From the NCBI GenBank assembly GCA_963796965.1, contig CAWCNS010000005.1:864001-928000 (forward strand): 64,000 nucleotides of DNA. The letters run 5' to 3'. Of this stretch, positions 9,699 through 20,427 are shown piece by piece. The DNA comes from Calditrichia bacterium (GTDB lineage: Bacteria; Calditrichota; Calditrichia; JAJRVZ01). The position numbers were made by a program, and so were the translations under genes. Below the pieces are notes generated by a model. The model saw nothing but the letters and a program-made list of their open reading frames with translations. It did not search any database and was not told where the DNA came from. Each line of letters opens with the position of its first letter. Position 1 is the stretch's first letter.

Positions 9699-10781
9699 AT
9701 GCCTACAAATAAAATTGAAATGTCGTTGAAACTAACGATCAGCTTGGTCACCAGCTTATGGATTATCGCCTGTTCTGGCCGAATTGGCAACGTGGATCCT
9801 ACCGATAGCCTGGTTATATATCCCCCACCGCCAGATACAACCCGAATTCAGTATCTGACAAGTTTTAGCAACTCAATTGATATTTCCGGCCAAAAATCTT
9901 CGTTTATGCGCTATGTATTGGGAGAAGATCAGAAGAAACCAATTCACAAACCCTATGGGCTATGTCTGAGTGATGGTAAGCTCTATATCTGTGACTCAAT
10001 GTTGCCGGGTATCGAGATCATTGATTTTGCTAAACAAGATTTCAGGTATTTTGCACCTGGTGGTCGGGGTCAGTTAAAAAAACCGATTAATTGTGCTATT
10101 AACGAACATGGCCACTTATTTGTGGCAGATGCAGCACGAAGGCAAATCATCATATTTAATAAAGATGGTACTTATATAGCGGAGATTGGGGATGGAAAAC
10201 AGGGAAAACCTACAGATGTTCTCTTTTACGAGAACAAACTCCTGGTTTGTGACCTTGACGCTCATCAGGTTAAAGTCTATAATTCCTCCACTTATGACCT
10301 GATTTCTGCCTTTCCGGATACAAACCAGAATAATGTTCAATACCTGTTCTCTCCAACCAATATTTCGGCTTACAATGGCAAAATTTATGTTACCGATACC
10401 GGAGATGCGCGGATAAAGATATTTGACGAAAATGGAATTTATCTTGGATTCACAGGAAGTTTTGGAAAACGTCCCGGTCAATTTGTTCGTCCAAAGGGTG
10501 TTGCTGTAGATATGCAGGGACGAATTTATGTGGCAGATGCTGCATTTGAAAATGTACAGATTTTCAACCAGGCTTCGGAATTACTCATGTATTTTGGTGG
10601 GACCTATAGGAAACCAGGTGATATGTGGCTACCTGCCGGCATCATTATTGATTACACGAGCCTATCTTACTTTGAAGATTATGTTTATAAGGGATTCGAT
10701 CTACAGTATCTGATTTTTGTCGCGAATCAATATGGACCAGACAAGGTAAGTGTCTATGGGTTTGTTGAACCGACTGAATAA
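9699..10781 (+). CDS. NHL-repeat beta-propeller lipoprotein
   Basis: Lipobox IIAC; YPPPPDTTRIQYL N-terminal motif; GQFVRPKGVAVD NHL repeats; start could also be 9720. Confidence 0.88.
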   Translation: MPTNKIEMSLKLTISLVTSLWIIACSGRIGNVDPTDSLVIYPPPPDTTRIQYLTSFSNSIDISGQKSSFMRYVLGEDQKKPIHKPYGLCLSDGKLYICDSMLPGIEIIDFAKQDFRYFAPGGRGQLKKPINCAINEHGHLFVADAARRQIIIFNKDGTYIAEIGDGKQGKPTDVLFYENKLLVCDLDAHQVKVYNSSTYDLISAFPDTNQNNVQYLFSPTNISAYNGKIYVTDTGDARIKIFDENGIYLGFTGSFGKRPGQFVRPKGVAVDMQGRIYVADAAFENVQIFNQASELLMYFGGTYRKPGDMWLPAGIIIDYTSLSYFEDYVYKGFDLQYLIFVANQYGPDKVSVYGFVEPTE

Positions 10782-10872
10782 TAATCAGAATTATATACAT
10801 TTATAATGCAACAATCTCAACGCCCTCATTAGATGGAGTGACATTAAAATTCAACCAAGGTATTACAATAAT

Positions 10873-11451
10873 ATGATAATAATTATAAAAAAAATCATTC
10901 TCCCTGTTTCATTGGTTCTATTTATGATCTTATCTTGTAGTAACAGATCACTCTCTCTCTTCTTTGATGGAGTCCCAAATGCTGACAGTACCAAATCAAC
11001 AGATAGCCAACCCCTATTCACGCCTCTTTCTGATTCTTCTTCCCAAAAATTGACCAAAGAAACAGTTATTATCAATGGTGCAGGTGTCTATCATCCTGAT
11101 TACAGGCAGAAAAAATGCGAGAAGTGTCATCAACTCGAACACGGCTATCGTCTTAATCAGCGCCAACCCGAACTTTGTTACCAATGCCATAAAAACATAA
11201 ATGATCAATATAAAAAGATCCATGGCCCTGTAGCAGCAGGATTTTGCTCAACCTGTCACCAACCTCATAAATCCCAATTTTCCGCATTGCTGAAGATGTC
11301 TGTTCGCGATGTCTGCCGGCATTGTCATGAGCCCGGGGATATCGTTAAAAATAATGCACATCAGAGAAGCAGTAAAACAGAATGCCTTGAATGCCATAAT
11401 CCTCATGGTGGGGATACGGCCAATTTATTAAGAATAAAAAAAGATGGATAA
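10873..11451 (+). CDS. Pentaheme c-type cytochrome lipoprotein (doubled-CXXCH type)
   Basis: Lipobox ILSC, LFFDGVP motif; CEKCH, CYQCH, CSTCH, CRHCH, CLECH. Confidence 0.9.
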   Translation: MIIIIKKIILPVSLVLFMILSCSNRSLSLFFDGVPNADSTKSTDSQPLFTPLSDSSSQKLTKETVIINGAGVYHPDYRQKKCEKCHQLEHGYRLNQRQPELCYQCHKNINDQYKKIHGPVAAGFCSTCHQPHKSQFSALLKMSVRDVCRHCHEPGDIVKNNAHQRSSKTECLECHNPHGGDTANLLRIKKDG

Positions 11452-13410
11452 ATGAAAAGTAGAATTACCATCTCTTGTATATTACTTTTTCTTCTCCTCA
11501 GACCATTGGCCGCTCAACAGCCCTTGTTTGAGATTGGATTATGGAAACAACAATCTCTGAATGGCGCAATCACCTTAGAAGGTCTTTATCGTTCTCAGGA
11601 AACAATTTTCCGATCCGGTCAAAGAGAGACCCCCGTAAATCAAAAACTACTCGGTCAATTTGAGATTGTTTCAAGAAGTTATATCTGGCATCCCAATCTC
11701 TTAAAAATAAATATTGATCTTAAACTGAATCCAGGTATTCAAAATGAGAGATTTTTAGTCATTCCCAATCGCTCCGAGAGACGCACAGCAGAACAACTAA
11801 GAATACAGACCGTTATTTTTGATCAGCGTTCCTTATCTGCCAATGCATTTTATAACATCAACCACCATTTTATAAACAGAGAATATGCTACAAATGTAGA
11901 AGCTGTCAATAATGATTATGGCGGAGGCATCTCCTTCCGAAATCCTTTTCTGCCAGTCACCCTTTCGTATATAAAATCAGACTGGACGCAGGATGAGATT
12001 CAAACAGGCAGGCAATTTTTAAATAAAAGAGAAAATATTTCGGTTGTATTCAACAAATCATTGGGACAATCAGATCGTCATCTTTTGAGTTATGCTTATG
12101 ACGATTATATCAGAAAATATGGATTTGGCAGCTGGATTGGAAATAAAGCGGTAAATATCCGACTGGAAAATCATGTCTCCCTTGATTCGAGCCGGTATAG
12201 CAACTGGCATTCCCTGGTATATTATCGCCGACAAAAGGGCAGTCAAAATTACGAGCGGCTGCAAATAAATGAGAATATAACCTATGCCCTACCTGCTTCA
12301 TTAAAATTTACCGGTCTGTACCGCTACAATGACTATAATCAATTTCTTCTACGTTCCCGCCAAAATAATATAGTGGCAAGGATGGAGCACAAACTCTATT
12401 CAAGCTTACGCAGCTATATTTATTATGAATACATTGATCTCAATCAAACATTTTTTGACGAACTCACCAACCAAATTGGAATTGGATTTGAATATACAAA
12501 AAAAATACCCACGGGTACTTTCCAATTATCCTATGAACATCGAGAGAGAAATGATGATCGTAAAAGCGAAAGCCAATATATAGATATTGTGAGGGAAGAG
12601 TATATTTTAAAGGATAATGAGATAATTCTTTTAAATCAGCCTGACATTGACCCTGCTACTGTAATTGTTCGAGACGAAAGCGGTTCAATCATCTATCAGG
12701 AGAATATTGACTATTTGATAATCAGCCGGGCCCCATTTCTTGAGATCCAGCGGCTACCCGGTGGTCAGATTTCTGAAGGACAGACAATTTATATTGATTA
12801 TACATCGCGACATTCGTTTTCGTTTAACTATGATACAAACTATAATATTTTCAGATTGAATCTGACCATTTTTAATCGTCTCTTAAATTTCTATTTCCGA
12901 TATTTTGATCAAAGGCATGATAATATTTTTAAAGCAGAAAATAAAATTCTTAAATCTATATCACAACGTGTTTATGGATTACGGCTTTCAAGAGGGATCC
13001 TTTCCGCCGGTCTGGAATTTGATAACTATGAGAGCAATATTGTGCCTTACCATGCAAAACGATATTATCTTACGGTGGCCTCGAATTTCTTATCCGTTCT
13101 CAACTTATCATTGAGTAGTAATTACAGGGACTACAAGCTCCTGGCTTCATTTGAGACCCAACAATTTGCAGATATTTCCGGACGTTTGATCTATTTCATC
13201 AACACTTTCTCAAAGGTTTCTTTGGATGGAGGTTATCGTTTTCAGGAAGGAAGGGGAATTGATCTCGATCTGAGCAATTTGCGGGCAGAATTTACTACAC
13301 GATACCGCTCTGTTTATCTTACCTTTGGCTTAGAAATGTACCGACGAAACTTTTCACAAGAGATAACAAATTATAATGGGGGATATATAAAAATTGAACG
13401 TAAATTTTAA
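11452..13410 (+). CDS. Outer-membrane beta-barrel protein (probable cytochrome-conduit porin)
   Basis: Signal peptide, Tyr/Asn-rich alternating amphipathic strands, C-terminal YIKIERKF; abuts cytochrome genes on both sides. Confidence 0.75.
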   Translation: MKSRITISCILLFLLLRPLAAQQPLFEIGLWKQQSLNGAITLEGLYRSQETIFRSGQRETPVNQKLLGQFEIVSRSYIWHPNLLKINIDLKLNPGIQNERFLVIPNRSERRTAEQLRIQTVIFDQRSLSANAFYNINHHFINREYATNVEAVNNDYGGGISFRNPFLPVTLSYIKSDWTQDEIQTGRQFLNKRENISVVFNKSLGQSDRHLLSYAYDDYIRKYGFGSWIGNKAVNIRLENHVSLDSSRYSNWHSLVYYRRQKGSQNYERLQINENITYALPASLKFTGLYRYNDYNQFLLRSRQNNIVARMEHKLYSSLRSYIYYEYIDLNQTFFDELTNQIGIGFEYTKKIPTGTFQLSYEHRERNDDRKSESQYIDIVREEYILKDNEIILLNQPDIDPATVIVRDESGSIIYQENIDYLIISRAPFLEIQRLPGGQISEGQTIYIDYTSRHSFSFNYDTNYNIFRLNLTIFNRLLNFYFRYFDQRHDNIFKAENKILKSISQRVYGLRLSRGILSAGLEFDNYESNIVPYHAKRYYLTVASNFLSVLNLSLSSNYRDYKLLASFETQQFADISGRLIYFINTFSKVSLDGGYRFQEGRGIDLDLSNLRAEFTTRYRSVYLTFGLEMYRRNFSQEITNYNGGYIKIERKF

Positions 13411-13422
13411 GAGAGAATGATC

Positions 13423-14751
13423 ATGAAAAAACAAAATTACCTGCTGGTTTACTTGCTAGGTCTCTTGTATTAGTTCACCCTTATTCGCTATCAATCAACA
13501 AAATTTTTCAAATTGTTCTGCAGAAGGCTGTCATGTAAAACAAACAAAATTTGATATGGTTCATCCTCCGGTGGAAGAAAATTGTATGAACTGTCATAAA
13601 ACAGATTCTGACGAACATCCCATTAAAGGCGAGAAGGAATTCTCATTAACCACCACTGTCCCTGCATTATGCTATGGTTGTCATGAGCCTAACAATCAGA
13701 TGAAATTTGTTCACCAGCCTGTAAAGGATGGGAGTCTGTCTTAACTGCCATAATCCACATAGCACGGAGAATGAGAAACTATTAATTTCAGAGAGTAGCG
13801 TCCCGTGTCTGGAATGTCATAGCATGGACAAAAATGATGTGGCCACCCATGGCCCCGTCTCAGCAGATATGTGTAATGCGTGTCACAATCCACATCAGTC
13901 AGAATTAACACATTTGTTATTGCGTGATGGATTGGACTTATGTGTTTTTTGTCATACAAACAAGAAGGATGTTCAAACGATGCCGAGTGTTCACGAACCT
14001 TTTCTCGCCGGCTGTCTGCAATGCCACAGTGCGCATCATTCACCATATAAATTTATGGTTAATAAAGATGTGCCGGGACTGTGTTTTGATTGTCATGCAG
14101 CCGTTGAGGTCCAGGTTGGAAAGGAGTCCGAGGTACACGGTCCCTTTCAAAAAGGCGGTAAATGCTATCTCTGTCACAATGCGCATGTGTCTGAGCATGC
14201 AAATCTTCTTCAGGACAAACAGGAAAAATTATGTTTTACCTGTCATAACAATAAAATCAAAGGGAAAACCCATACGGTAAAAGATATTGAAAAACGGGTA
14301 TCAAAATCCAAGTACGTTCATGGTCCGATTCTTGAGGATGGTTGTTCCGCTTGTCATGCTGCACATACGCCGGATAATTATTTTCTTCTTTCTGCTGCAT
14401 TTCCAAAAGGCAGTTATGGCACTGGCAGCACGGAGTCATTTGCGCACTGTTTTGATTGTCACGATTCAGGTTTGATGGAAGAAAAATCAACTACTACGGC
14501 CACGGAATTCAGAGATGGATCTGTTAATTTACATTATTTGCATGTGAACCGCGAGAAAGCGCGTAGACTGTATTACGTGTCATGACGTCCATGGATCAAA
14601 ATTCCCCCATCTTGTGGCCGATAAGGTGCCCTTTGGAAAATGGGAAATGCCAATGAAGTTTAAGGAGAGTGAAAATGGGGGTTCTTGTGTCACCGGTTGT
14701 CATAAAGAATTAGATTACAAGCGGGATTCCGGAATTAAATCAGGAGAATAA
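13423..14751 (+). CDS. Multiheme c-type cytochrome (~441 aa, 13 CXXCH + CX4CH + CX3CH), broken by three +1 frameshifts
   Basis: Joins MKKQNYLL.. / ..NCSAEGCH..CMNCH..CYGCH / ten CXXCH in 13728-14585 / CITCH..CVTGCH..SGE-stop at 14749-14751. Confidence 0.82.
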
Positions 14752-14790
14752 CAACAAGACCCTTTGAGAACCAGGTAAATATTAAGTTTT

Positions 14791-16074
14791 CTAAAAGGAG
14801 AACTTTACCCTGGCGAAGTACTGGGTAGGAAACCCTCCATATTCTGTTCCATTATCACCACCGGTTGGAAAGATGAGCAAATATGTTTCCCAATTAGTTG
14901 CCACCGAATATTGGAGAGATGGTGCGGCAATCCACGATTTATCATTGGGATTATAAATTACAAAGAAATCCGCCCTGAGCAATGGTGTAAGTTGATAAGC
15001 AAATTCCTGATAAATTGAGTTTCGCCCGGGAGATAATTCACCCGTATAAATAATATCAAATCTTCTCGATCCAGCATTATCAGTTGTACCTAATCCATTA
15101 TATAAATATTCTGTGTGGAGATAAAAGTTGTTCTGAAAAGTATAATCATATGAGAGAGAAAATGTTAGATATGGATCTGTTACTTCAACAGTTTCCCATG
15201 TCAGTGATTCAAAATTGATCATCGTATAGGTTATATTAGGATCTGTATAAAGCAACTCTCCCCGAAAGCCTCCATCCCAAATCTCACCAGACCAATTCGC
15301 TGCAAGACGCGGACTATTCCGTTGCCAACCAGCAATGAGTCCAAAGTCGTAATTCCATTTATTTGTTGTATACCGCCCGGCATAAATTACCTCATACTTT
15401 GTACGTCCTGGTGTTACCGCAAGGTTAAATTGTGAAAGTGACCCTGTATAATATTGTACATGTACGGCATCCGTGCCCGGACGTTCTTCATAATCAAAAT
15501 CAAGAATATCAAAGGGATTAAATAAGTCGGTAGGATTCCAAACCAGGCAGGTACCCCAGGCAATCCGTTGCCGGCCCAAGATCACTTCCCAGTCATCTTT
15601 GATCCAGTCTAAGTAGAAGCGATCAATCTCACTAAAACCATATATATCGTCATCCTCTAACCATTCCCATTTGAGATCAAAATAATAACTATTTGTTGTA
15701 AATAGATTCTGAAATTCGCGGTAAAGATTCATGTTCTTTTGGTAGGTTAGCAGATTCCGTGCCTGTATGGATACCGAAAGATCATCAGTAGGATACCAAA
15801 AACCATTCAATCGTAATTGAAGGGTATTCTGCCATTGCCCTGTCTCAAAAGGAAAATCATCTAAAGTCCCGTCATCATAGGTGACCAGTTCTTTTGCATA
15901 GCCACCAAAGTTCCAATCCGATAATTGAGCATATAAAGGAGAAAATAAGACGGATAAGAGGAGAATAGTTAATCCTGAATATTTCACTGAATTTCGTTCT
16001 AACCCGGCAAATCGATAATTATTCCTGCTGATCATATTTACATCATTATTCATCAAATGAACCTGATTTATCAC
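14791..16074 (-). CDS. Outer-membrane beta-barrel protein associated with the ABC/LolA-like module (start uncertain)
   Basis: Signal-like TILLLSVLFSPLYA, GRQRIAWG and WNPTDLFNP motifs, C-terminal VKFSF. Confidence 0.7.
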   Translation of the reverse strand: MINQVHLMNNDVNMISRNNYRFAGLERNSVKYSGLTILLLSVLFSPLYAQLSDWNFGGYAKELVTYDDGTLDDFPFETGQWQNTLQLRLNGFWYPTDDLSVSIQARNLLTYQKNMNLYREFQNLFTTNSYYFDLKWEWLEDDDIYGFSEIDRFYLDWIKDDWEVILGRQRIAWGTCLVWNPTDLFNPFDILDFDYEERPGTDAVHVQYYTGSLSQFNLAVTPGRTKYEVIYAGRYTTNKWNYDFGLIAGWQRNSPRLAANWSGEIWDGGFRGELLYTDPNITYTMINFESLTWETVEVTDPYLTFSLSYDYTFQNNFYLHTEYLYNGLGTTDNAGSRRFDIIYTGELSPGRNSIYQEFAYQLTPLLRADFFVIYNPNDKSWIAAPSLQYSVATNWETYLLIFPTGGDNGTEYGGFPTQYFARVKFSF

Positions 16075-16741
16075 TTACCACGCCACCATCCTGCAACGTT
16101 ATAATTCTCCGCGCCCGACGCATAACCCGGGCATCATGTGTTGAAAAAATAAAAGTCATTTCATGTTTATCATTTAAATCTTCCATCAGATCAAGTAATG
16201 ATTCCGCAGATTCGCTATCCAGATTAGCGGTAGGTTCATCCGCCAGGACAAAAGCCGGTCGTGAGGCCAAAGCCCGGGCAACGGCTACCCGTTGTTGTTC
16301 ACCCCCTGATAACTGGGCAGGACGGGTGTTAATTCGATCTGTAAGTCCCACCTGTTTCAACAATTCGACTGCCCTTTCCTCCCTTTCATCCTTTTCTGCC
16401 CCCTGGAGAAGCATGATAAATTCCACATTTTCCCTCGCAGTAAATACAGGTATCAGATTATATGCCTGGAAGACAAAGCCAATATTCCTTAATCTGTATT
16501 CTACTAATTTGCTTTGAGAGAGGATTGCCAGATCGATTCCATCAATTTGGACTTTTCCATTTGTCGGTTGGTCTAATCCACCGACGATGTTTAGTAAGGT
16601 CGTTTTTCCGGAGCCTGAGGGACCAACAATAGCCAGAAACTCTTTTTTATTTATTTTTAACGATACGTTCCTGACCGCATGAACCGGCACCGCTGTTGTA
16701 TTATAGATTTTATTCAGATCGCTAATTTCAATCAGAGCCAT
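16046..16741 (-). CDS. ABC transporter ATP-binding protein (LolD-like)
   Basis: GPSGSGKT, LSGGEQQR, LADEPT. Confidence 0.92.
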   Translation of the reverse strand: MALIEISDLNKIYNTTAVPVHAVRNVSLKINKKEFLAIVGPSGSGKTTLLNIVGGLDQPTNGKVQIDGIDLAILSQSKLVEYRLRNIGFVFQAYNLIPVFTARENVEFIMLLQGAEKDEREERAVELLKQVGLTDRINTRPAQLSGGEQQRVAVARALASRPAFVLADEPTANLDSESAESLLDLMEDLNDKHEMTFIFSTHDARVMRRARRIITLQDGGVVSDKSGSFDE

Positions 16742-16872
16742 TTTATATTCCTTCCGTATCGTTTTTATGGATACACTAAATAAAAAGTACAAGTATAGAA
16801 AGTAAAAAAGACTAGGGGAAAAGAATTTCCAAATTACAAATTACTAAGTATTCATTCTTACTCTTCTATTAT

Positions 16873-18087
16873 TTAATAACTCCGTATTGCCTCAGATGGC
16901 ACCAGATGTGTGGCTTTCCATGCCGGTAACAATGCTGCAATATTAGCAGCCACTACAATCATAACTGTTAAGATCAGATACATTAAAGCCGGTAAAAATG
17001 GGTAAAGGATTGCCGTCATTCCAAAACTTTCCAGACTTACTGAAATTGCTGTAAGGTCTATTCCGGTTGATCCAAAATAGGATATCGTAAGTAGACCCAC
17101 ACCCATACCACAAATTCCACCTGTGAGCGATAAGAATATCGCTTCTAATATAATCATGATAAATATTTTTCCCTTTTTCATACCAATGGCAATCAGAACA
17201 CCCAACTCACGTATTCGATCCACCACAGACATGAGCATGGTATTGGTAATGCCAAAAAGTAAGGCAAATAGAATAATACCAACAAATATGTACATATAGA
17301 CACCCGTATTTTGAGACAAATATGCCAATTCCGGCGCAAGGTCAGACCAACTCTCTACCTGCAATTCGGGGAACGATAATTGTAAGTTTTCTTTAACAGG
17401 ATCGATATTATCCAGCTCGGTCACACGCATAGCAATTTCATGGATAACAGGATCTGTGCTCAGACTTTTAAAAAGATCATGTTGCCTGACGAAAACATTC
17501 ATTTCATCAAACTGAGAAGAGTTCGTTTTAAACAGACCAACAATTCGACAAGCCAGATAGGTGATGTTTCCCTCGAGATCCTGGAAACTTAAAATAATCT
17601 TTGATTTGAGTTTAAGATTCAGACGGTTTGCAAGTTTAGTTCCGATAACAATTTGATTTTTTCGTTCAGATTCAAAATAACTACCCTCCACAATTTGCTG
17701 GTGAATATCTGTAATCTTTTTTGAATCATCGGGCACAATCCCGATAATTTGTACACCATATGAAGAAGTTGGTGAAGCAGCCATTCCAACTACCAACGCT
17801 CTTGCCTCGGCCGCTTCTAATTCAGGATTTTCTCTAATCTTCTTAAGTACTTTTACTCCATTGGGAATAAAATTGCGGATATCCTTATCCGTTTCATATG
17901 CTTCTTTATGAACCTGAATATGCGAAAGGTTACGACTTATGGCTGTCTCAACCATTGATTCCATCATTCCAACCATTATAGCACTCGAAAACAGGCCACC
18001 CCATAGACCAAAAGTTATGGCCGCCACAATGATCAGACTTCTCTTTTTATTTCGCCATATATTTTTCCAGGCGAGTGATATTAACAT
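16873..18087 (-). CDS. ABC transporter permease (FtsX/LolE/MacB-like)
   Basis: LAWKNIWRNKKRS, DRIRELGVLIAIG. Confidence 0.9.
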   Translation of the reverse strand: MLISLAWKNIWRNKKRSLIIVAAITFGLWGGLFSSAIMVGMMESMVETAISRNLSHIQVHKEAYETDKDIRNFIPNGVKVLKKIRENPELEAAEARALVVGMAASPTSSYGVQIIGIVPDDSKKITDIHQQIVEGSYFESERKNQIVIGTKLANRLNLKLKSKIILSFQDLEGNITYLACRIVGLFKTNSSQFDEMNVFVRQHDLFKSLSTDPVIHEIAMRVTELDNIDPVKENLQLSFPELQVESWSDLAPELAYLSQNTGVYMYIFVGIILFALLFGITNTMLMSVVDRIRELGVLIAIGMKKGKIFIMIILEAIFLSLTGGICGMGVGLLTISYFGSTGIDLTAISVSLESFGMTAILYPFLPALMYLILTVMIVVAANIAALLPAWKATHLVPSEAIRSY

Positions 18088-18160
18088 AAATCTCTCCTTC
18101 TATATTTTCACGCTGCGACGCAACGCCGCCACGATATTTTTCCATGAATTATGTAACTTG

Positions 18161-18257
18161 TGTCATTCTGAAAGAATCCTCCTGCATGAAGGCCAGATAA
18201 CTAAAAGTAGGAAGATCCCTATCCCGAGACGCGATCCCGTTCGGGGACGGGATGACA
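18161..18257 (-). repeat. GTCAT...ATGAC palindromic miniature element (same family as 58976 and 60641 copies, inverted)
   Basis: Reverse complement reads GTCATCCCGTCCCCGAACGGGATCGCGTCTCGGGATAGGGATCT...GATTCTTTCAGAATGAC, matching 60641-60757. Confidence 0.8.
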
Positions 18258-18315
18258 AAAAATTGACTGATTCCGAACCACACTATGCTTGGTAATTCTG
18301 CATGAGTCACCCGAT

Positions 18316-19530
18316 TTACCCTCGAATTGTTTTTGCCGGGTCGAGGTGGCGAATAAACAGCAATGGGTATGAGATAGTGACTACCGCTATTAAAAAAACA
18401 ACAACCGCCTGTGAAATAAAAACAACCGGTTCGGCACTAAAGGTAAGTATAGGTTCTATACTTAATTTCTCATATAACTCGGCCATTTCCCCGACTAAGC
18501 TAATTGGATTATTAACAAGATATAAAATGATTGGAATACTTCCGACAATTCCTATAAAAACACCCACGAATGAAACCATAAAAGTTTCAAGGCAAAGTAC
18601 CAAAATCAGCCATCTTCTTTTCATGCCAATTGAAATTAAGATAGCAAATTCTTTCGCCCGTTCCGAAACCATCATCATAACCGTTCCAAAAACGCCAAAT
18701 GCAATTACAATATATAGAATGGCCAGCATGATAATACCGCTCACATTATCAACTTCAATATTTTGTTCAAGATCGGGCATCATTTCATTCCACAACATAA
18801 TTTTTTGCTCATCGCTCAGTTCTGCCCGAACAGCCTCCTCAACTTCTTCCAGATGATGAATATTATCGATTAGAATTGGCAGAGAGGTGATACGATTCTC
18901 GCAGGAAAACACCTCCTGAGCAAGGTTTAAAGGTAATAAAACCATGGCATTATCCATTGCTTTAAAGGGTAATTTAACGATACCTGTAATGGGAACGATC
19001 GCCGCAGCAATTTGTCCATGATAGCCCTGTCCATAAAGAATCAGACTATCTCCGACGGTAGATTTTAATAATTTTGATAAGCCTGAACCTATGAGCAATC
19101 CCTTTGTTTCCGGAGTCAAATAATTCCCTTCCACCAATTTTTCTTTAACCCCGGTTATTTCAGTTTCAAGATTCGGATCGATACCAATAACCTGTGTAAC
19201 TTTTGTGCTGGTCCGGTATGAAATGAGGGCAAAAGCCTCCAAACGAGGGGTGAGATGAGAGATATTGGATATATTTTGAATTCTTTCGAATGTATCTTCC
19301 TCCAGGACAATGCTTTCATCTAGCGATCTCTTTTCCCAATAATCATTTCCCTGTATCTGAAGATGCCCGGTGAATAATTTCGCAGAAGAATCAATCATAT
19401 CACTATAGGATCCCAACTGTGCCGAACGCATCACCGCCGAAAGAATTACCGCAAAGAAGACGGATGATGCGACAATGATGGTTCTTTTTTTATTACGCCA
19501 AATATTACGCCAACTTAATGATAAGTACAT
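18316..19530 (-). CDS. ABC transporter permease (FtsX/LolE/MacB-like)
   Basis: LSWRNIWRNKKRT, ERAKEFAILISIG. Confidence 0.9.
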   Translation of the reverse strand: MYLSLSWRNIWRNKKRTIIVASSVFFAVILSAVMRSAQLGSYSDMIDSSAKLFTGHLQIQGNDYWEKRSLDESIVLEEDTFERIQNISNISHLTPRLEAFALISYRTSTKVTQVIGIDPNLETEITGVKEKLVEGNYLTPETKGLLIGSGLSKLLKSTVGDSLILYGQGYHGQIAAAIVPITGIVKLPFKAMDNAMVLLPLNLAQEVFSCENRITSLPILIDNIHHLEEVEEAVRAELSDEQKIMLWNEMMPDLEQNIEVDNVSGIIMLAILYIVIAFGVFGTVMMMVSERAKEFAILISIGMKRRWLILVLCLETFMVSFVGVFIGIVGSIPIILYLVNNPISLVGEMAELYEKLSIEPILTFSAEPVVFISQAVVVFLIAVVTISYPLLFIRHLDPAKTIRG

Positions 19531-19662
19531 TATATCAGCCTCTTCTTGGTTGTACTTTTAATAGATGAGATTTCATCATTGTGCCAGGAGCATGGCGTTC
19601 TCTTTCGATTTACTATGCGATGCTCTTTGCACTATGCGCTCTGTATCTTTTATATTATCTAT

Positions 19663-20400
19663 TTACCTAACCCGTTTCATATTTTGCTGAGAGAAAAAAG
19701 ATTCATCGATATTAATATTAAACTTGATCTCATTATACTCCATCACTGTTTTTTGTCCGGGTTTATCATGGGGGATCATTTCCCAATGAGAAGGGATGGT
19801 CCTGCCACCCATTTTTTTTATTTGTGACCCTATCATGGATTTTATAAGGATCTGGTCCTCATCATAATGATCGGCTTGCAATTGAAGAAATCCTTCTTTG
19901 GAAATCCAGGTCGTAATTTTACCCCAGACAACACCAGCATCTGGTTTTGGTATCATATCTATTTTATAGCAGTCATATCCATCTTTTTTTTCCTCACCAA
20001 CGATTGAATGGTTATAATCAATAACAATTGACGACTGGCGAACCAAGTCATCATTTGTAAAGTCTGATCCCATCCAGTCCTGCATCATCATAGAAGGTGG
20101 AATCTTTATCGCCCGATGGACAGAAGGGATCCAGTTCCAAACTTCTCGCTTTCTTTTAAGGGTGACAGTTCCCTTATCCTTTGCCGGCGCCTCAATGAAA
20201 ACCAATGCATAATCTGGTTCAAGAGCCCAGATTTTCATGGTCATTTCCCGTGACCAGCTTGGTTTAACAATCTTCATTGTCATTTCCGTGTAGGAACTCT
20301 TAGCACGGATCAATTCATCAGCCTTTTTGACAATTCCCGTTGCATCCTGCCCGACTGCCAGAGTGCTGGACAACAATAGTAATGCGATTATTTTATTCAC
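19663..20400 (-). CDS. LolA-like outer-membrane lipoprotein-sorting family protein
   Basis: Signal peptide; APAKDKGTVTLK, WMGSDFTNDD motifs. Confidence 0.82.
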   Translation of the reverse strand: MNKIIALLLLSSTLAVGQDATGIVKKADELIRAKSSYTEMTMKIVKPSWSREMTMKIWALEPDYALVFIEAPAKDKGTVTLKRKREVWNWIPSVHRAIKIPPSMMMQDWMGSDFTNDDLVRQSSIVIDYNHSIVGEEKKDGYDCYKIDMIPKPDAGVVWGKITTWISKEGFLQLQADHYDEDQILIKSMIGSQIKKMGGRTIPSHWEMIPHDKPGQKTVMEYNEIKFNINIDESFFSQQNMKRVR

Positions 20401-20427
20401 CTTTTAATTCTCCTGTATTTTTATTTA

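Noticed and set aside
13423..14751. Programmed frameshifting or phase variation in the cytochrome genes
   Set aside because: No slippery heptamers or long homopolymers at the junctions, and similar breaks occur throughout the window.
18302..18856. 184-aa plus-strand ORF (and similar antisense ORFs such as 3714-4013 and 59402-59794)
   Set aside because: These are antisense shadows of well-supported genes.
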